DNA of 64,000 bases from the human T2T-CHM13v2.0 reference genome, Homo sapiens. Each line of letters begins with the position of its first letter. Positions within the stretch are counted from its first letter, which is position 1. This document shows, in pieces, positions 56,339 to 64,000 of the stretch. The stretch lies in NCBI RefSeq assembly GCF_009914755.1, contig NC_060929.1; one strand, given 5' to 3'. A program made the translations under genes and the position numbers. The notes under the pieces were generated by a model. It made no database searches. It saw only the letters and a list, made by a program, of their open reading frames with translations, and was not told the DNA's origin.

Positions 56339-58734
56339 ACCAAGAAAAAAAGGCCAGGACCAGATGGATTCACAGCTAAATTCTATCAGACATTGAAAGA
56401 AGAATTGGTACCAATCCTATTGACACCTTTCCACAAGATAGACAGAGAGGGAATCCTCCCTAAATCACTCTATGAAGCCAGTATCACCCTAATCCCAAAA
56501 CCAGGAAAGGACATAACAAAAAAAGAAAACTACAGACCAATATCCCTGATGAACATAGATGCAAAAATCCTTAACAAAATACTAGCTAACCAAATTTAAC
56601 AACATATCAAAAAGATAATCCAGATGATCAAGTGTCCTTCATACCAGGGATGCAGGGATGGTTTAACATATGCAAGTCAATAAATGTGATACACCACCTA
56701 AACAGAATTAAAAGCAAAAATCACATCATCTCAATAAATGCAGAAAAAGCATTTGACAAAATCCAGCATCTTTTTATGTTTAAAACCCTCAGCAAAATTG
56801 GCATACAAAGGACATACCTCAATGTAATAAAAACCATCTATGACAAACCCACAGCCAACATAATACTGAACTTGGAAAAGTTCAAAATATTTCCTCGGAG
56901 AACTGGAACAAGACAAGGATGCCCACTCTCACCACTTCTATTCAACATAGTACTGGAAGTCCTAGCCAGAGCAATCAGACAAGAGAAAGAAATAAAGGGC
57001 ATCCAAATTGGTAAAGAGGAAGTCAAACTGTTTGCTGATATGATTGTATACCTAGAAAACCCTGAAGACTCCTCCAATAAAGCTCCTAGAACTAATAAAT
57101 GAATTCAGCAACGTTTCAGGTTACTAAATTAATGTACACAAATCAGTAGCTGTGCTATATGCCAACAGTGACCAAGCTGAAAATCAAATCAAGAACTCAA
57201 CCTCTTTTACAACAGCTCCAAAAAATAAAATAAAATACTTAGGAATATAACCAACCAAGGAGGTGAAAGACCTCTACAAAGAAAACTACAAACACTGCTA
57301 AAAGAAATCATAGATGACACAGACAAATGGAAATATATCCCATGCTCATGGATAGGTAGAATCAATATTGTCAAAATGACCATACTGCCAAAAGCAATCT
57401 ACAAATTCAATCCAATTCCCATCAAAATACCACTATCATTCTTTACAGGACTTTAAAAAAAAATTCTTAAATTCACATGGAACCACCCCACACAGCCAAA
57501 GCAAGACTAAGCAAAAAGAACAATTTTGAAGGCATCACATTACCTGACTTCAAACTATACTATAAGGCCATAGTCACCAAAACAGCATGGTACTGGTATA
57601 AAAATAGGCACATAGAGCAATTGAACACAATAGAGAACCCAGAAATAAACCCACATACTTATAGTCAACTGATCTTTGACAAAGCAAACAAAAACATAAA
57701 GTGGGGAAAGGATGCCCTGTTCAACAAATGGTGCTGGGATAACTGGCAAGCCACATGTAGAAGAATGAAGCTGGATCCTCATCTCTCACCTTATACAAAA
57801 TCAACTCAAGATGGATCAAGGACTTAAATCTAAGACCTGAAACTATATAAATTCTAGAACATTAGAAAAACCCTTCTAGACATTGGCTTAAGCAAAGACT
57901 TCAGACCAAGAACCCAAAAGCAAATGCAACCGAAACAAAGATAAATGGGTAGCACTTAATTAAACTAAAGTGCTTCCGCACAGCAAAAGGAACAGTCAGC
58001 AGAGTAAACAGAACCCAGTGTGGGAGAAATCTTCACAATCTATACATCTGACAAAGGACTGATATCCATAATCCACAAGAAACTCCAACAAATCAGCAAG
58101 AAAAAAACAAACAACCTCATCAAAAAGTGGGCTAAGGACATGAATAGACAATTCTCAAAACAAGATATACAAATGGCCAACAAACTTATGAAAAAATGCT
58201 CAACATCACTAATGAACAGGGAAGTGCAAATCAAAACCACAATGCAATACCACCTTACTCCTGAAAGAATGGCCATAACCAAAAAATCTAAAAACAATAG
58301 ATGTTGGTGTGGATGCAGTGGAAAGGGAACACTTCTACACTGCTAGTGGGAGTGTAAACTAGTACAACCACCATGGAAAACAGTATGGAGAGATCTTAAA
58401 GAACTAAAAGTAGAACTACCATTTGATCCAGCAATCCCACTAATGGGTATCTACCCAGAGGAAAAGAAGTCATTACATGAAAAAGATACTTGCACACACG
58501 TTTATAGCAGCACAATTCGCAATTGCAAAAACATGGAACCAGCCCAAATGCCCATCAATGAACAAGTGGATAAAGAAATTGTGGTGTATATATATGCAAT
58601 GGAATACTACTCAGCCATAAAAAAGGAATGAATTAATGACATTCACAGCAACCTGGATGAGACTAGAGACTTATTATTCTATTCAGGAATAGAAAACCAA
58701 ACATCATATGTTCTCACTCGTAAGTGGGAGCTAA
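54724..58734 (+). pseudogene. L1PB ORF2, disrupted
   Basis: [55 protein letters not shown] and [15 protein letters not shown] fragments. Confidence 0.92.
55130..55292 (+). mobile_element. 5'-truncated L1PA (PA4-6) 3' end inserted in the L1PB endonuclease region
   Basis: atagcattaggagatatacctaatgtaaatga...ccctagaacttaaagtataat. Perfect 14-bp TSD AAGAAATGAGATAG at 55116-55129 and 55293-55306. Confidence 0.95.
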
Positions 58735-59655
58735 GCTATGAGGATGCAAAAGCATAAGAATGGTACAACGGACTTTGAGGACTCAAGGGAAAGGGCAGGA
58801 GGCAGGTGAAGGATAAAAGACTACAAACTGGGTTCTATGTATACTGCTTGGGTGATGTGCACCAAAAATCTCACGAATCACCACTAAAGAACTTACTCAT
58901 GTAACCAAATACCACTTGTTCCCCAAAAACCTATAGAATATAAAACTAAAGAAGTAAATAAATAAAAAGACCCCACCTAAGAAAGCTGCCTGCTGGAAAA
59001 GCGCTCCCCAGCAGGAAGAACCTATAGGTATACTGGTAGAGCAGGGATATGTGAGGACAAGTCACAAGAGATTAGCTGGAGCATGTGCACTAACTCATAT
59101 GAGGAAAGGCAGAGGGTGGAAGAGGGGAGAGGGGGGCCACTGTTTGAACACTTGTCATGACAGTAGGCATCATGGACCAGATTATAGCAGCATCAGTAAT
59201 ATGAATCTTTGTCGACTTTCCTCTAAACCCACCCTCCCCATACCATGGACCCTGTGGGAGCCAAAGGCAGAGCACATAGGGAAGGACTGGAGAGCACAGA
59301 ATGCAAAGAAACAGACCGTACTCCATTCTCCCAGTCAGTTCTGTAGCAGGAGAGGTAGTCAAACTCTTCAAACTGGATGCAAAACTGAGGTTTGAGATTG
59401 AACTAGACTGGCACTTTAAAACCAGACTATTTTGTAGTTGAAATAGACCAGAAATCTATAGATTCTTCCCAGATAGTGAAGAGCGAGAGAGATCCAAAAG
59501 AACTTTCTCCAAGACAGTGTGATAAGAGACAAAAAGCCATTCCTGACTGAGCCAGTTCAGCCCATTCAATAAACCAGTTATACTAGTTACATCAGAACCT
59601 ATGCAATAGGAAGGTAGGAAGAAGTGGAAAACAACTCAATACTTCGGTAGATACC

Positions 59656-60088
59656 TGTTGAGCCAGCTTGGGCTAACATAACAAAATACCAAAGCCTGAG
59701 TGGCTTAAACAACAGAAATTTATTTCCTCATAGTTCTCAAGACTGGGAAGTCCAAGATCAAGGTAGCGGCAAATTTAGTTCCTGGTGAGGGCTTTCTTCC
59801 AGACTTCCAGAAGGCTGCTTTTTCTCTGTGTTCTCACAAGGCGGGGAGGCGGGGGAGGGAGGGGGAAAGAGCAGGAGAGAGCAAGAAAGAGCGAGCACAA
59901 GCGCGCTCTAGTTTCTCTTCCCATAAGGACGCTAATTCTATCGTCTCATGGCCCGACACTTATGACCTCACTTAATCTTAACTACTTCCGTAAAGGTCCT
60001 GTCTCCAAAACAGTAACAATTGGGGGTTAGGGCTTCAATATATGAGGGAGACAGGGTGGTAGGGGACACACAGTTAGGTCCATGGCTA
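59656..60088 (-). mobile_element. MLT1A-like MaLR solo LTR
   Basis: cataacaaaatacca...gtggcttaaacaacagaaatttatttcctcatagttct...gggggttagggcttcaatatatg. Confidence 0.85.
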
Positions 60089-60714
60089 TCATTTCAAAAA
60101 GAATTTGAGAAGACGTCTAATAAGAAAAATAGTAGGCAATCTCTACTCACACACAAAACATCTCACCTAAAAACAAGAAGTGGGGGTGGGGAAGTGTATG
60201 ATTTTGTGCTTAAAGCTTCTTGAGAAAAAGAACTGCTAAATTATATGTAAATACAAAAGCATGTCAAAGGGAAATTCATTAGAAAAGCAAATCGAAAAAG
60301 AGGGGAGAAAAGTGGGTTTAAGCTTAAACTGTCTTTATAGAAACTATGTAATTAATTGAATGCATGTGAAATCTATAGACATGGTTGTAATTTAAGTATA
60401 GATGTTAAAAATAATGTAGGATCTCAAACTTTAAAACTTTGAATTCAAATAATACATAAGCACATAGAAAAGTTGAAAATAAAACTGGCTTGAAAAAATC
60501 ATACAAAGTAAAATTAAAATGTGTGTTTATTGCATTTATAAGAACCTCAGTTATGACCAAATATTTCAGAAATAGTGGTTAGCTTTCTTGAAAGAATAAA
60601 GGAAAATTAATTTAAATGTATGGGGTAAATATGTTGGTATTTATTTTAAATTGTGCTGTGGCCTGGGCTTCTCAAAGGAAGAAAAAAACAGTGAAATATG
60701 AAGTCAAAGTAATG

Positions 60715-61930
60715 AAGTTCAAGATGGTAGGTTTAGCATATGCATTTGCCTATTCTCCTGTAAAACACTGCAGTTAAAAAGGACACAAGAAAGTAAATTC
60801 ACAGAAGCACTGAGAACATATGAAACATCAATGGGCCAGATACAGGTTTCTGGATAGCTGAGTAGAAAATAGGATAGTACAAAATCTACAGAAAAGCAGA
60901 GGGAGCTATCACTCAAGCCATCATCGGAAGAGAGGACTGAAGTGAAAAGTGCTGTTAATCACGGAATTCTCCAAAAAGAGCAAGTAAAATGGGCAGGAGG
61001 ATCAACTGCCAAAAATTTTAAATGCAATAAGGTGGATCAAAAATAAAGCTGAAGAATCTTTTATAATATAGAACAGAAAAAACAAAGAAATTGAAAGTAT
61101 GTGCAAAAAGAAAAGAGGCATATAAAATCAAACCAGGTTGGCCAGCATCTGATTAAGAGAACTACTATAAAAGAAAAATAGATACAAAATAAAGGATTTC
61201 ATTTTATTCTGATGAATGGCTGGGGGTGGGTGGGATGTAAGGGAATTCAAAAGAAAAAGAAATAGAATCATAGCACACTACATGTCTTGGCAGTAAAAAA
61301 TAATTATATACCCATAGTAATATAAAGATTGATTTTTATTTGCCTCAAAGGCAAGAAACATAGGCAGACAGCACAGAAATTATGGTTGCAATTGCAGTAC
61401 AGAATGTAAATGTTATCAACCTTGACAATACAGAAGCAAAAACTAAATTGAAGGAAAATGGGAGGAGAAAAACAAAGAAGCAGCAGAGGAAAGGGTAGAG
61501 ACACTAATTTTCCACCTTAGAGCAAAATTGAGTTAATTAAAGGGAAAAAGGAAATAGAATTATTGATATGTTTTCTAAAGTTATGAAGAGAACCAATAAT
61601 AGAGCTGAAAATAATGATTAACTATTAAAGTTTAGGAGCAGGAGATGCACATAGAGGGTAAGTGAAACCAATCCTCATCTTCCATAATAGAAAGTAAGTA
61701 GAAATTGTTCAAGGTCATTAAATCAAAAAATAGTGGTTGACAATTTTGTTTGGATAGCTACCAATTTCAATTTTATTTGGAAAAATGTTTTAATGATTAA
61801 AAGAGGTGCTAGTGGAAATGAGCCTGGGAGTCGGGGGGCTAAAGTAGGGGACTTCCCGTTTTTCATCATAAGCTCTTCTGCTGTCCTGATTTGTTACCTT
61901 GGACAGGACATGTATTACGTGGGTAAAAAC
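60715..61930 (+). mobile_element. Ancient HAL1/L1ME-like relic
   Basis: aagatgg start, A-rich ORF1-like coiled-coil remnant, and gcacactacatg...catagtaatataaa resembling HAL1. Recalled only. Confidence 0.4.
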
Positions 61931-62402
61931 AAACAAGTTTCAGTATTTAGTAAACGGCAACTGTCTCCATTTTCTAAATGTTGACTGAAGTCAACATTAC
62001 AGCCAGGCATGGAAAGCAGATTTTAATCTAGCAAGAAACGGAAGGGTAAAACAGTCAAAATAAATAACTAAAAGGAAATTTAAAGAAACTCAAAAGAAAC
62101 GTGTTTCTCCTCTCCCTCTCTCTCACATACATATACACCACAAAATTTACCCAGGATTGTCCTGCCCTCCGTGTAGGATCATCAGATACTGACATACAAC
62201 ACAAAGTAATGACAACCTCTTCACAGACTCAATAAATCCTGGGACTAAAATTCATTCATTCTAGAAATAAAGTCTGTGTTCAAGGACACAAAGTGTGGAA
62301 TAAAGGGTAAACATTTTTAATCAATGTTTCCAAATATAATTATGAAAAATGAGCAAATACTCCAACAAGGCTACACTACTAGGATACTGGATTCAACCAA
62401 AG

Positions 62403-62605
62403 TGAGGGTTAGCCAACATTTTCTGCAAAGGGCTAGATAGTATATATTTTAGGTTTTGCACATCATACTCAACTCTGCTATTGTGGTATGAAGCTGTGAT
62501 AGACAATACACAAATACAGGCTATGGTTGTGCTCCGCAAAAACCTCATTTACAAAACAGGCTGTAAATAGTATTTAGCCCATAAGCTATAGCTTGCCTAC
62601 TCCTG
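62403..62605. mobile_element. MER58A-like hAT-Charlie MITE
   Basis: gggttagccaacattttctgcaaagggctagatag...gcttgcctactcctg. Perfect 8-bp TSD AACCAAAG (62395-62402, 62606-62613), the length typical of hAT elements. Confidence 0.9.
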
Positions 62606-62637
62606 AACCAAAGGATGAAGGACATTAAGATATTTAA

Positions 62638-62732
62638 GTTATAAAGTATGTGATATATTTTTATTAAATATGTATATTTAATATATTTATATTAAATAAT
62701 ATTTTTATTAAATATATCACATACTTTATAAC
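62638..62732. repeat. AT-rich inverted repeat (23-bp perfect arms)
   Basis: GTTATAAAGTATGTGATATATTT (62638-62660) is the exact reverse complement of 62710-62732. Confidence 0.95.
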
Positions 62733-64000
62733 CCTGTGCTAATAATATAAAATAATATACTATCAATGATTGTTATATGTAATTCTTGATGTTCAAATGC
62801 CTTTTGAATAAGATCTGGTCAAATAAGAGCTAAAACATACCCATTCATTCTTCTTTCACTCCCATCACACAAACAATGAAATAAAAACAGTGATATAAAG
62901 CCAGCTACCCCTGGGGAGGGACCCTCTTAGGTAGCTAATATATTTGATTCCTATTTTTCCATCAAAATGAGATCCCCATGTAGCTCCAACTATATATTCT
63001 ATTGTACCATTTTGAAAATAATGTGAAGGGACAAACTTGTAGCAATATCTCAAAAGCAGTTGACACTGACATCTAACTTTAAGAGATGGCTCATAAAGGA
63101 TGTTTAGTGCTTCAAACAAGTGACATTGTATAAAGATTAGCACTTGGCAATGACATTGATTGCTTGCTAAAAATTTCACCTTAATCACTATCAAATCATA
63201 TTATTTAACCAACTTGGTGCTCTTGGGGCCCGCTGAACACTCCACTATTTTTTTTTTATCAACTGGCAGTGTGGATAGAAAGCAAAATTTAAAAAATCAA
63301 ATTAGCTTCCACCTCAAAATCCTAATTACATTTGTGACAGCTGTGAGCAAAATATGGTCCTAAATAAAATGTTAGATAGCATTAATGATATGATCAAAAA
63401 AGATGAAAAATCACAAGTGACAAGGGAAAACATTTGATATGTGACAAAAAAAAAAAAAAGAATGACAACAAAGGAAATCCTCCAATCTCACAAAGAAATC
63501 CTTCAGATTGTCCTGGGCAGGTCTTATCAAATACCATATGGTTATAATGCCAAAGCCCAGGTGCAAAGGGTAAAACAAAAACAAAACATAACCAAACCTT
63601 ACAGATGTTCCAGATTGAAGGCAATGACAATAACAACCCCTGGACATGTACAGAGAATTTAATTCTAACAAAAAAAATCAATGTTGCTCAACATTTAAAA
63701 GAAGGTTTGGGGAAAACTTTTGTTTTGCTTTTAGCTTTAAAGAAAAATATAAGTGTAAACATCCATCCACTATATACACACCTGGGTACACGCTAGTGTG
63801 TACACAACACAGCTAAGGAGGCTACATGAAATTCACTAAGGAGATCTTTATAAATTTTCAATTCTCCCTCTAGCCACTCTAAATCCTTCCCAGGCAAAGA
63901 ATATTTCCCAACTCTAACAAGAAAAAAAAATATGATCTATATGCAAAGCTTATGTGTTCAAGAAACTCTAGCTCCAATCTTCAGATACTTTTTAATCAAT

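Larger units (their letters stand above)
52825..58968 (+). mobile_element. Near full-length L1PB1-like LINE-1 with an internal 5'UTR/ORF1-start deletion
   Basis: 5' aaaatggcagataggaggcaggact; ORF1 remnant ~53730-54658; ORF2 from 54724; L1PB-type 3'UTR (gctaagctatgaggatgcaaa...ccccaaaaacctat). Confidence 0.92.

Noticed and set aside
52808-58982. TSDs for the L1PB (AAAGGCTGCATCTA / AAAGACCCCACCTA) and for the L1PA3/4 at 327/6500
   Set aside because: The L1PB pair matches at only 10/14 and the L1PA3/4 pair is low-complexity T-rich. Both are plausible decayed TSDs but cannot be supported.

Overview
Primate (human-like) AT-rich, gene-poor genomic DNA that is intergenic or deep intronic and dominated by transposon relics. 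I recognise no host protein-coding exon, RNA gene, CpG island or CRISPR-type system. Almost every long ORF in the track is a broken LINE-1 ORF1/ORF2 fragment or a tandem-repeat artefact. There are three near-full-length L1s of different ages: L1PA3/4-like on the minus strand (327-6499), L1PA8/10-like on plus (22397-28754) and L1PB1-like on plus (~52825-58968). The window also holds older L1M and HAL1-like fragments, Alus, MaLR/ERV LTRs (MST, MLT1, MLT2, MER61, MER57), an HSMAR2 mariner remnant, MER58, L2 and MIR. Many are nested and have readable target-site duplications (TSDs). The non-routine features are a ~59-unit, 1.65-kb compound micro/minisatellite with polarised variants, a ~720-bp locally templated duplication inserted into an old L1, an open antisense ORF0 with both splice donors in the L1PA3/4 5'UTR, an AT-rich nested palindrome and an AG|GTGAGT splice motif at an LTR end. 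I found no convincing new biological system. Subfamily names come from recalled consensus sequences, not an alignment.
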